From positions 1 through 16,175 of the forward strand of contig JBKHBH010000042.1 in the NCBI GenBank assembly GCA_046542505.1: 16,175 bases of DNA, given 5' to 3'. Below are positions 7,552 through 15,861 of the stretch, in pieces. Positions within the stretch are counted from its first letter, which is position 1, and every line of letters begins with the position of its first letter. The stretch comes from Thermovirgaceae bacterium (lineage in GTDB: Bacteria > Synergistota > Synergistia > Synergistales > Thermovirgaceae). The notes under the pieces were generated by a model. The model saw only the letters and a program-made list of their open reading frames with translations. It searched no databases and had not been told where the DNA came from. Made by a program: the position numbers and the translations under genes.

Positions 7552-8484
7552 GTGATCATTACAGTCACACTCAACCCCGCCGTTGACGAGGAATATGTCG
7601 TGCCCGAATTCAGGCCGGGTGGCTGGTTCCGAACCAGCAGCACCGACCGGTCGCCGGGAGGCAAAGGGATTAACGTCTCGCTGCTTCTCGCTCAACTGGG
7701 CTATACTTCGGCAGCCATGGGGTTTCTCGCAGGCTTCAACGGCGAGTATATCCGCGATGTCCTCAGACGGAAACGAATTACAACCAACTTTATCCACGTG
7801 CGGGGAGAGACGCGAACGAACGTCTATATCGTCGATGAAATCGGTCACGTCGAAACGGGGATCGCCGAAAGCGGGCCGTACGTACCCGAAGGGGCGGTTT
7901 CCAGGTTTCTCGCAAGCTATGAAAGGATGCTTGCGAGGGCGCACCTGATAGTCATCGGGGGGTCCCTCCCCCCTGGTGTCCCTCTCGATTTTTACAAGGA
8001 GATTATTACCCGGGCCAAAAGCAGAGAAATTCCAACCATTGTAGATGCCGCGGGACCGCCATTCATGGAAGCCCTCGAAGCTGGCCCCACGATCGCCAAG
8101 ATTGACCACCGTTTCATGTCGAGAATGGCCGGAGTGGCCTTGACGTCACTGGACAATCTCATTGAGGTTGTTTCTAAAGTTCACGATCAGGGGGTGGAAT
8201 GGGCGGTAACGTCTTACAGGACGTATGGAGAAGTGTTTTTCACGCCTGACGGGATTTACCTCGCAGAATATGAGCGCAAAGGGCTTGTGTCGCTTTTCGG
8301 TGCCGATGATGCCCTGATAGCGGGGCTGGTCGTTGCAAGGGAAGAGGGAATGAATGTCGAGGAGACGGTACGATTTGCGACTGCCTGCGCCTGGGAAGAT
8401 ACCCTTCATTTCGAGAAAGGGATCAGGGACAGGGGGACGGTGGAAGAACTCCTCAAAAACGTCCAGGTTGAAAAACTGGAATGA
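7552..8484 (+). CDS. 1-phosphofructokinase (FruK/LacC/PfkB)-family protein with degenerate ATP/catalytic motifs, 310 aa
   Basis: IITVTLNPAVD, PGGKGINVS, GETRTN and GSLPPG are typical of FruK/LacC. The C-terminal motifs are altered (KIDHRF, SLFGADDA). GTG start at 7552 after GAGGGGG. Confidence 0.88.
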   Translation: MIITVTLNPAVDEEYVVPEFRPGGWFRTSSTDRSPGGKGINVSLLLAQLGYTSAAMGFLAGFNGEYIRDVLRRKRITTNFIHVRGETRTNVYIVDEIGHVETGIAESGPYVPEGAVSRFLASYERMLARAHLIVIGGSLPPGVPLDFYKEIITRAKSREIPTIVDAAGPPFMEALEAGPTIAKIDHRFMSRMAGVALTSLDNLIEVVSKVHDQGVEWAVTSYRTYGEVFFTPDGIYLAEYERKGLVSLFGADDALIAGLVVAREEGMNVEETVRFATACAWEDTLHFEKGIRDRGTVEELLKNVQVEKLE

Positions 8485-9044
8485 AACCCATGGTCAAGGA
8501 AAGCAAGACGTCTGCCTCCGTTGATCTTCGCGAGGGGCACATTCTTTTCGTCTGTACCGGCAATACCTGCAGGAGTCCGATGGCCGAAGCCTTTACGAAT
8601 CACTATCTTCGGGAGGCAAAGCTGGAGTCCTCATGGTTTGCCACGTCCGCGGGCACAGCTGTGTGGCGACGCCTGCCCGCAGGTGACGGTGCCGTTCAGG
8701 TTATGAAAGAATATGGTCTCGACATTTCCGGACACAGATCACGGGGCATTGATGAGATTTCTGTCCGGGACACGGTTCTGATTCTTGCCATGACGAAAGA
8801 ACATGCCGATTTCCTGAATGGCCGGTTTCCCGAAAAAACCGGCTGCATCTACAGGTTTTCGGATTATCTCGCCTTTGCAATCGAAGACACGGACAAAAGA
8901 TTTATTGCCTGTTCCGGTGATATCCCGGACCCCTTCGGTCTCGATCCGGCGGCTTACCGGGAAGTGGCCCGGACCCTTGACATGTATGCCAAAGAGTTGG
9001 TGAAAAGGCTCAAAGCCCGGCCTCAAGGCTTGGGCATGAAATGA
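8481..9044 (+). CDS. Low-molecular-weight protein phosphatase, probably YwlE-type protein-arginine phosphatase
   Basis: P-loop ILFVCTGNTCRSPMAE, SAGT, HRSR, LAMT and DIPDPFG. Overlaps the upstream gene by ATGA (translational coupling). Confidence 0.9.
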   Translation: MKPMVKESKTSASVDLREGHILFVCTGNTCRSPMAEAFTNHYLREAKLESSWFATSAGTAVWRRLPAGDGAVQVMKEYGLDISGHRSRGIDEISVRDTVLILAMTKEHADFLNGRFPEKTGCIYRFSDYLAFAIEDTDKRFIACSGDIPDPFGLDPAAYREVARTLDMYAKELVKRLKARPQGLGMK

Positions 9045-9154
9045 TCCCGGTTCCCAGGGCGGGATACACCTTCCTTTTTTCAAAAGACCCACGATGGATT
9101 ACAATTTTTACTGTACCATGCGAGGATGCGAAGCATGGGAGGCTGTGATCATAT

Positions 9155-10249
9155 ATGCTGAAAAGAAGGGTTTCCCTCTTCCTGCCTTTTGCCCTTGTTC
9201 TCCTTTTGTTCGCATGCTGCGGCATCTCTGCGGCGGAAGGCGAACTCTCCGAACGGGAACGGAAGCTCCGGGACAGAACCATCAAGCAGGTCGAGGAACA
9301 CTGGGAAGTCGTCAAAGATCCATCCCGGTCGGCGCTGGTCGAGATGATCGGCAGCCGCTGCGCGGCCCTGGCTGAAAGAGATCTGGCCTATTCTTTCAGG
9401 CTGCTGTCCGACGATCGTCCAAATGCCTTTACCATTCCCGGAGGCGTCATTTATGTGTCAACGGGGATGCTTGATTTCGTCAGAAGCGACGATGAGCTTG
9501 CGGCTATCCTTTCCCATGAAATAGTACATGCGGACAAAGACCACGTAATGAGGCAGGTGGCAAGAAACCAGAAACTCTCCGTGGCTTCCCTCCTTCTGAC
9601 GGTAGCCTCGGGGGGAGCCGCTCCCGTGGCTGTTCTCTCGAACCTCATAGCCGTGGCGGTGCAGAATGATTACAGCCGTGATTTTGAACAGGAAGCGGAT
9701 CGGGGTTCGGTAGAAATTCTTCATGGGGCCGGCTACAGCCCGTCGGCCACGGTAACCGTCCTGGAAAGACTGCAGGAAGAGGAAGTCAAAAGACCTTATG
9801 TGGATCCGGGAGTCTACAGGACTCATCCAAGGACGGAAGAACGTGTGAGGGATATCATCTCCTACATGCATGACCAGGGTTTGACCATTGAGAGAAAAGA
9901 GCCTCTCGGACTTCTGGTTCCGGAGGTTCTGTGCAGTGGGGACGCTTGCGTTTTTCGCCTCGACGGACGTGAAATCTGGCGTGGTCCCTGGAGACCCGGG
10001 ACCAAAGATGTCCTGAAAAAACTTGAACGCGCTGTCTCTCAGAGCCTGCAGCTGGAAACGGCCCCTTACGATATACATGTCATCAAACAGGGCGGAACCG
10101 AAAGGCTTTTGATCGAAAGAACCGTAGCAGTCGACGCCACTGACGTGCCGCCCGAAATGGCCGAATCTCTTGGGCCCTTGAGGGATTCGCTGGTCAGAGC
10201 CCTGCAAGCAGCCAAGAGCATTCACCCCGTTGCCGAATATTTCCGGTAG
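9155..10249 (+). CDS. Exported M48-family zinc metallopeptidase (BepA/YfgC-like catalytic domain) with extra C-terminal domain
   Basis: Signal peptide, PNAFTIPGG, DELAAILSHEIVH (HExxH), YSRDFEQEAD and THP. SD GGGAGG at 9137-9142. Confidence 0.9.
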   Translation: MLKRRVSLFLPFALVLLLFACCGISAAEGELSERERKLRDRTIKQVEEHWEVVKDPSRSALVEMIGSRCAALAERDLAYSFRLLSDDRPNAFTIPGGVIYVSTGMLDFVRSDDELAAILSHEIVHADKDHVMRQVARNQKLSVASLLLTVASGGAAPVAVLSNLIAVAVQNDYSRDFEQEADRGSVEILHGAGYSPSATVTVLERLQEEEVKRPYVDPGVYRTHPRTEERVRDIISYMHDQGLTIERKEPLGLLVPEVLCSGDACVFRLDGREIWRGPWRPGTKDVLKKLERAVSQSLQLETAPYDIHVIKQGGTERLLIERTVAVDATDVPPEMAESLGPLRDSLVRALQAAKSIHPVAEYFR

Positions 10250-10252
10250 GAC

Positions 10253-12154
10253 ATGGCAACAGAAAAGGAGGTCCTTCAACCGGTGCCTCATGTGACGCTT
10301 TACAGAAAATACAGGCCTCAGTCTTTTAGTCAGGTCGCGGGCCAGGATGAAGCCGTCAAGGTGCTGAAAAGGGAGATTACAGCAGGGAAAACCGGGCATG
10401 CCTATCTTTTTTCGGGACCGAGGGGTTGCGGCAAGACAACCGTTGCCCGGCTACTTGCCAAGGCCATCAATTGCCTCGAACCCGGTGAAGACGGGGAACC
10501 CTGTGGAGTCTGCGAGAACTGCCGGAATATCACAGCCGGAAGCAGCCTTGACGTGGTCGAGATTGACGGAGCCTCGAACCGGGGCATCGATGAGGTGAGA
10601 GACCTCAAGGAACACATTTCGCTTTCGCCATTTTCCGCGCGGTTCAAGGTGTACATCATCGATGAAGTGCATATGCTCACCGATGCTGCGTTCAACGCCC
10701 TGCTCAAGACCCTTGAGGAGCCACCATCCTCGGTGGTTTTCATTTTTGCGACGACGGAACCAGCGAAGGTCCCGGCGACGATACGTTCAAGATGTCAGCA
10801 CATTCCCTTTCACAGGATAGACGCCGCCGTCATCGTTCCATGCATTCGTGAGGTGGCCGTAAAAGAGGGTACCGACTTTGATGAAAGGGCGCTCTGGGAC
10901 ATCGCGAGAGAGGCCGACGGTTCGCTCCGCGATGCCCTTTCCCTTCTTGAACAGGCATTGTCTCTCGGAACCGAGGTTTCATCGGAGAAACTTCGGGACC
11001 TCTTCGGAGGGGGGAGCAGGAGAGATCTGGAGCAGTTCGTGAGCCTCCTGCGAAAGGACCGCAAGACGGCTTTCATCGAGATGGAGGCATCCTTGCGGAG
11101 AGGACTGACGGGTCCTCGCCTCCTGGAAGGCATATTTGCGATCTTCAGGGACCTGTGGATCGTTAAAAAATGGGGGGACCAGATGGCGTCCCATCTTCCC
11201 CTGGCCGAGGAAGAACGCCGTTTCGTCATTGAAGAAAGCGTTCTCTGGCCGGAAAGCGCCTTGTGGGAGGGGATGGAATTTGTCGCCTCGCTGATGCCCC
11301 GTGCGCGGTGGGGGCTGCGATCCGATGTCCTCGGGGGACTCATCTTTGGTTATTTCGAGAGAATTCCTGTTCTCGAAGGTAAAAAACAGGAAAGCCATAC
11401 AGCAGCGGAACCGGCGGAAGGAAAAACGACCGGCGAAAGAAGCGTTTCCTCCTCAGCTGGACAGGAAGAACACGAACCGGAAGGGGGAAAAGGCTTCGGT
11501 GCAAATCACGAGGAAGGTAACCAGGAGGGCGAAAAGACTCGAAAAGAGCAACTCGCCCCGACCCAGAAAACCCCTGAGGAGGAAACGACGGAAGAATCCA
11601 CTGCATCCGACACTTCGGCGGAAACCGAAGAAAAAGGGGTGGATCCAAAGATGTGGGGTGATTTTCTGGAAAGCTTTTTCCCCGATGATATAGGACTTTA
11701 CTCTGCCCTTCTGTCGGCGAAACCAAAGATCAAGGACGATGCTTTTTGTATTTTCTTCGACGATGGAGACCGTCTCTGTTTCGAGATGGCGAAAACGGGC
11801 CGGAATGTGTCGAAAATAGTTGCGAGACGTGAACTTCTTGGTCAGTATTCTGAAATGCTTTTGTGCTGCAAAGATGACGAGATCAACGTTGAATCCCCTT
11901 CCTTTGTTGACCTCGCCGCATCCGAAGAAGCGCCACTGGAGGATCCCTCGGGAGGTAAAGCAGAGGAAATACCGCCATCGGCCGGAGAAAGGGTCAAAAA
12001 GACGCGCAGAAGGACGAATTCTAGGGAAACGGACGGCAAGAACCGGAAGGCTCCGGAACTCGATACGGTCATGAGCCTTTTTGACGCGGAGTTGCTTTTT
12101 GTCAAGGAAGAACTCGCCGAAAATGGTGAAAGTGAGGGAGACACTGTTGAATAG
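10253..12154 (+). CDS. dnaX: DNA polymerase III subunit gamma/tau
   Basis: LYRKYRP, Walker A GPRGCGKT, Zn site C..PCGVCENC, EIDGAS, DEVHML and the SRC motif. Acidic linker and divergent C-terminal domains. Confidence 0.96.
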   Translation: MATEKEVLQPVPHVTLYRKYRPQSFSQVAGQDEAVKVLKREITAGKTGHAYLFSGPRGCGKTTVARLLAKAINCLEPGEDGEPCGVCENCRNITAGSSLDVVEIDGASNRGIDEVRDLKEHISLSPFSARFKVYIIDEVHMLTDAAFNALLKTLEEPPSSVVFIFATTEPAKVPATIRSRCQHIPFHRIDAAVIVPCIREVAVKEGTDFDERALWDIAREADGSLRDALSLLEQALSLGTEVSSEKLRDLFGGGSRRDLEQFVSLLRKDRKTAFIEMEASLRRGLTGPRLLEGIFAIFRDLWIVKKWGDQMASHLPLAEEERRFVIEESVLWPESALWEGMEFVASLMPRARWGLRSDVLGGLIFGYFERIPVLEGKKQESHTAAEPAEGKTTGERSVSSSAGQEEHEPEGGKGFGANHEEGNQEGEKTRKEQLAPTQKTPEEETTEESTASDTSAETEEKGVDPKMWGDFLESFFPDDIGLYSALLSAKPKIKDDAFCIFFDDGDRLCFEMAKTGRNVSKIVARRELLGQYSEMLLCCKDDEINVESPSFVDLAASEEAPLEDPSGGKAEEIPPSAGERVKKTRRRTNSRETDGKNRKAPELDTVMSLFDAELLFVKEELAENGESEGDTVE

Positions 12155-15100
12155 ACCTTTCGTCCATCTTCATGTCCACACGGAATACAGCCTCCTTGAC
12201 GGCGCCATACGGTGCCGGGAGCTTGCCGAACGCGCTTCACGGTGGGGATGTCCGGCTGCGGCCATAACGGATCACGGGACCATGTACGGAGTGATCGAAC
12301 ACTACGAAAACTGTACGGCAAGAGGGGTGAAACCCATCATAGGCTGCGAGGTTTACGTGGACCCCAGGGGGCATACATGCCGGGACCGGATGGGGAAAAA
12401 CGCCCACCTGCTGCTTCTTGCAGAGACCCAGGAAGGGTACAACAACCTGGTAAAACTCGTCTCCATAGCGAACACTGAAGGATTCTATTACAAACCCAGA
12501 GTGGACCATGAACTGCTTGCTACCTACAGCAAGGGGCTCATCGCCTCATCGGCCTGCCTTTCGGGGGAAATCCCCACGCTGCTTTTGGAAAAGGATCCGC
12601 AGGGAGCTCTTGAACGGGCTGAAATGTACAGGGATATCTTCGGGGCGGAGAATTTTTTCCTGGAAATCATGCATAACAGCGTGCCGGAACAGGCTTTTGT
12701 GAACAAGGAGTTGATCCGGCTCTCGAAGGAAACGGGAATACCTCTGGTTGCGACCAACGACGCTCATTATCTTGAGGCCGGTGATGCGGCCTGGCACGAT
12801 GTGTTGCTCTGTGTCCAGACGAACTCGACGGTGAACTCACAAAACAGGTACCGCTTTGGCTCCAGTGATTTTTACCTGCGCCCACCGGAAGAGATGTGGA
12901 ACCTTTTCGGGAAAGAAGTCCCAGAGGCCCTTGAAAACACCGTTGCCATCGCCGAGCGGTGCAACGTCAGTTTTTCCTTTGAGGGTCACATGCTTCCCAA
13001 GGTCGATGTCCCTGAGGGGAAAAGCCTGGAGGAAACCCTGAACGAGAGGGCCAGGGCGGGTCTCGGGGAGAGGTTCAACGAAAACGTCCCGGATGAGTAC
13101 CTTTCCCGCCTGGAGTATGAGCTCGGTGTCATCAGGCAGATGGGTTTTGCCGGGTACTTTTTGATCGTGGCGGATATCATACAGGCGGCAAAAAACGACG
13201 GCATACCCGTCGGCCCGGGACGCGGCTCCGCGGCAGGATCTCTTGTGGCCTACAGCCTGAAGATCACCGAAGTGGATCCGCTGAAATACGATCTTCTCTT
13301 TGAGCGGTTTCTCAACCCCGACAGGATCAGCATGCCCGATATCGACACGGATATTTCCGACAAAAGACGGGATCAGGTTCTCGAACACATCGTCGAAAAA
13401 TACGGCAGGGACAATGTTGGGCAGATCATTACCTTCGACAGGATGAAGAGCAAGGCCGCGGTAAGAGACGTGGGAAGGGCGCTGGATATGAGCTATCCCG
13501 AGGTGGACAGGGTGGCGAAAATCATTCCCGCCGGGGTTGCCTCAATCGACGAGGCCATGGAACAGAACCCCGAGTTGAAGCATCTGCATCAAGATGACAC
13601 GATGGTGCGCAAGCTTCTCGATTATGCTTCACGGATAGAGGGGCTTGCCCGGCACTGCTCCCAGCATGCCGCCGGAGTGGTTATTACGCCCGGCCCGCTT
13701 ACTGATTATGTTCCTGTCCGGAGGATCGGCGACGGGCAAATCGTCACCCAGTACGCCATGGAGCCCGTGGAAAAGCTCGGCCTGGTCAAAATGGACTTTC
13801 TGGGTTTGCGGACCCTCTCGATGGTGGAAGAGACCCTGGAAAACATCAAGGACAACGAAAAGACGCCGCCGGATATCTACAACCTCCCCCTGGATGACGA
13901 AACGACCTACGAGCTGCTTTCGGGGGCCGATACCCTGGGAGTCTTCCAGCTCGAATCATCGGGGATGAGACAGCTTCTGAAGCGGCTTGCCCCAGACTGT
14001 TTCGAGGACCTCATTGCCGTGCTCGCCCTTTACAGGCCCGGACCGCTTGGAAGCGGTATGGTGGACCAGTACGTGGAGTGCAAGCACGGACGCCAGGAAG
14101 CTTCCTATCTTCATCCCCTTCTGGAGGATATCCTGAAGCAAACCCATGGTGTCATGCTTTATCAGGAGCAGGTCATGCAATGTGCCGCCACGCTGGGAGG
14201 ATATACCCTGGGACAGGCGGACCTTCTCAGACGGGCCATGGGGAAGAAGAAAGTGGAAGTCATGGAAAAGGAGCGGGCCCATTTTGTCGAAGGATGTGGA
14301 AAGAAGGACATCGACGAGAAAAAGGCCGAGCAGATCTTCGACATTATCCAGGAGTTCGCAGGGTATGGTTTCAACAAGTCTCACAGCACCGCCTACGCAA
14401 TGATCAGCTACCAGACGGCCTACCTCAAGGCCCATTTCCCGGTGGAATTTATGGCGGCCTTCCTCTCGAGCCACATCCATTCGAAACTGGATATCCTGGC
14501 GCGTTACGTGAGAGCCGTGAAAAGTTCGGGCATCAGCGTACGGCCACCTGACATCAACAAATCGGGTTCCCTTTTCACCGTGGACCAGGATGAGATCCTT
14601 TTCGGCCTCAGCGCCGTTTCAAAGGTCGGGGAAGGGGCCGTCGAGGCGATCATTGAGGCGAGGGAAAAGGAACCTTTTGAGTCCTTGTGGGATTTTCTGA
14701 ACAGGGTGGATCTTAAGGTCGTCGGAAAATCCGTGGCGGAAAACCTCATACGGGCCGGTGCCTTTGATTCAATTACGCCGAACAGGAAACAGCTTCTTGA
14801 CAGCCTGCAACTCATGGTGGACATCGTCCAGCGGCGCTGTGCCGATGGACGCCAGCAGTCGCTTCTGTCTCTTGTCCAGGAGGAGGACCCGGGCAGTCCC
14901 GACCTCGTGGAGACCGAGGATTTTGATTTTCACACGAGAATGACCATGGAAAAGGAGTCGACAGGGCTCTACATTTCCGGGCACCCTTGCGAGCAGTACG
15001 AAATGCTCTACAAGGATATAGCGACTTGTTCCATCGGAGAGCTCACCCTGTGGAGATCGTCAACATGTAAACCCGTGGTCGCCGGAGTTGTCGTCGACCT

Positions 15101-15554
15101 GCAGGAAAAATTCACCAAGAAAGGCGATAAGATGGCCATTCTCGAAATCGAGGATACGGAGGGAAAAATCGAGGCCGTCTGCTTCCCCAGGACATGGAGC
15201 CGCCTGGAACACGTTCCGGAAAAAGGCGAGGTATGCGTCGTTACAGGAACTCCGCAGGAAAGGGACGGCCTGAACCTGATCGTGGATTCCGTCCTTCCCG
15301 TAGACGGAGCCAGGGAAGCCGCGCCGCCCGCAGTAAGGTTAAGAATACACGAAGCCGGCGGCAGGCTGAACGGCTGCCTCAAGGACGTGTATCGTGAACT
15401 CAAGGGATACCCCGGCGATGCCCCTGTCTTGATCGAATACGTTTCCGACTCTTACAGGGCGGTTTTGCGGGCGAGACGCCTCAAGGTCGACGCAACAAAA
15501 CCCTTTTGCGAAAAAATTCGCCGGATTTCCGGCGGCGCTGTTGAAGTGGTGTAG
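12147..15554 (+). CDS. dnaE: DNA polymerase III alpha subunit (DnaE), 1135 aa
   Basis: PHP domain FVHLHVHTEYSLLDG, ITDHG and TNDAHY; GPGRGSAAGS; catalytic PDIDTD; KMDFLGL; GFNKSH; C-terminal OB fold. TTG start at 12147 after GAGGGAG (12134-12140), overlapping the dnaX stop. Confidence 0.98.
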   Translation: MNRPFVHLHVHTEYSLLDGAIRCRELAERASRWGCPAAAITDHGTMYGVIEHYENCTARGVKPIIGCEVYVDPRGHTCRDRMGKNAHLLLLAETQEGYNNLVKLVSIANTEGFYYKPRVDHELLATYSKGLIASSACLSGEIPTLLLEKDPQGALERAEMYRDIFGAENFFLEIMHNSVPEQAFVNKELIRLSKETGIPLVATNDAHYLEAGDAAWHDVLLCVQTNSTVNSQNRYRFGSSDFYLRPPEEMWNLFGKEVPEALENTVAIAERCNVSFSFEGHMLPKVDVPEGKSLEETLNERARAGLGERFNENVPDEYLSRLEYELGVIRQMGFAGYFLIVADIIQAAKNDGIPVGPGRGSAAGSLVAYSLKITEVDPLKYDLLFERFLNPDRISMPDIDTDISDKRRDQVLEHIVEKYGRDNVGQIITFDRMKSKAAVRDVGRALDMSYPEVDRVAKIIPAGVASIDEAMEQNPELKHLHQDDTMVRKLLDYASRIEGLARHCSQHAAGVVITPGPLTDYVPVRRIGDGQIVTQYAMEPVEKLGLVKMDFLGLRTLSMVEETLENIKDNEKTPPDIYNLPLDDETTYELLSGADTLGVFQLESSGMRQLLKRLAPDCFEDLIAVLALYRPGPLGSGMVDQYVECKHGRQEASYLHPLLEDILKQTHGVMLYQEQVMQCAATLGGYTLGQADLLRRAMGKKKVEVMEKERAHFVEGCGKKDIDEKKAEQIFDIIQEFAGYGFNKSHSTAYAMISYQTAYLKAHFPVEFMAAFLSSHIHSKLDILARYVRAVKSSGISVRPPDINKSGSLFTVDQDEILFGLSAVSKVGEGAVEAIIEAREKEPFESLWDFLNRVDLKVVGKSVAENLIRAGAFDSITPNRKQLLDSLQLMVDIVQRRCADGRQQSLLSLVQEEDPGSPDLVETEDFDFHTRMTMEKESTGLYISGHPCEQYEMLYKDIATCSIGELTLWRSSTCKPVVAGVVVDLQEKFTKKGDKMAILEIEDTEGKIEAVCFPRTWSRLEHVPEKGEVCVVTGTPQERDGLNLIVDSVLPVDGAREAAPPAVRLRIHEAGGRLNGCLKDVYRELKGYPGDAPVLIEYVSDSYRAVLRARRLKVDATKPFCEKIRRISGGAVEVV

Positions 15555-15618
15555 CAAGCCGGTAGAATAGAAAGGGCCAGGATGGAAGGAGGAAGGTCAA
15601 GTGAGAGTAGAGGAGAAG
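15552..15618 (+). promoter_or_regulatory. Candidate TRAP-binding site (NAG triplet array) over the mtrB SD and start codon
   Basis: TAG 15552, AAG 15556, TAG 15563, TAG 15568, AAG 15572, CAG 15578, GAG 15589, AAG 15593, AAG 15599, GAG 15603, TAG 15608 and GAG 15613. Confidence 0.4.
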
Positions 15619-15861
15619 GATACTCCGTCGGTTATGGCCGATTTCGTTGTTGTCAGAGCTATGGAAAACGGCGTTTCCGTCATCGGGCTAACCCGCGGAC
15701 AGGAGACCCGTTTCGCCCACAGTGAGAAACTCGATGAGGGCGAGGTCTGGATATCGCAGTTTACGGAATACACCTCGGCCATCAAAGTCAGGGGAAAGGC
15801 CGAAATATTAACGGCTCACGGAAGGATCGTGAGCGGAAAGGATCTCGATGAAAAGAGTTAA
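15601..15861 (+). CDS. mtrB: trp RNA-binding attenuation protein TRAP (MtrB), 86 aa
   Basis: [52 protein letters not shown] aligns without gaps to Bacillus TRAP. SD GGAGG at 15588-15592, GTG start. Confidence 0.95.
   Translation: MRVEEKDTPSVMADFVVVRAMENGVSVIGLTRGQETRFAHSEKLDEGEVWISQFTEYTSAIKVRGKAEILTAHGRIVSGKDLDEKS

Noticed and set aside
9044..9105. Terminator (ATCCCG...CGGGAT) and promoter (TACAAT at 9100-9105) before the M48 gene
   Set aside because: The T-tract is about 9 nt from the stem and the -35 spacing is poor, so neither is strong enough to call.
11380..11387. A6 run in dnaX as an E. coli-type frameshift or slippage site
   Set aside because: It is in the wrong phase (GGT AAA AAA CAG) and too short for transcriptional slippage.
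12147..15554. Intein or split in dnaE
   Set aside because: The length is normal and the YGFNKSH region is uninterrupted.
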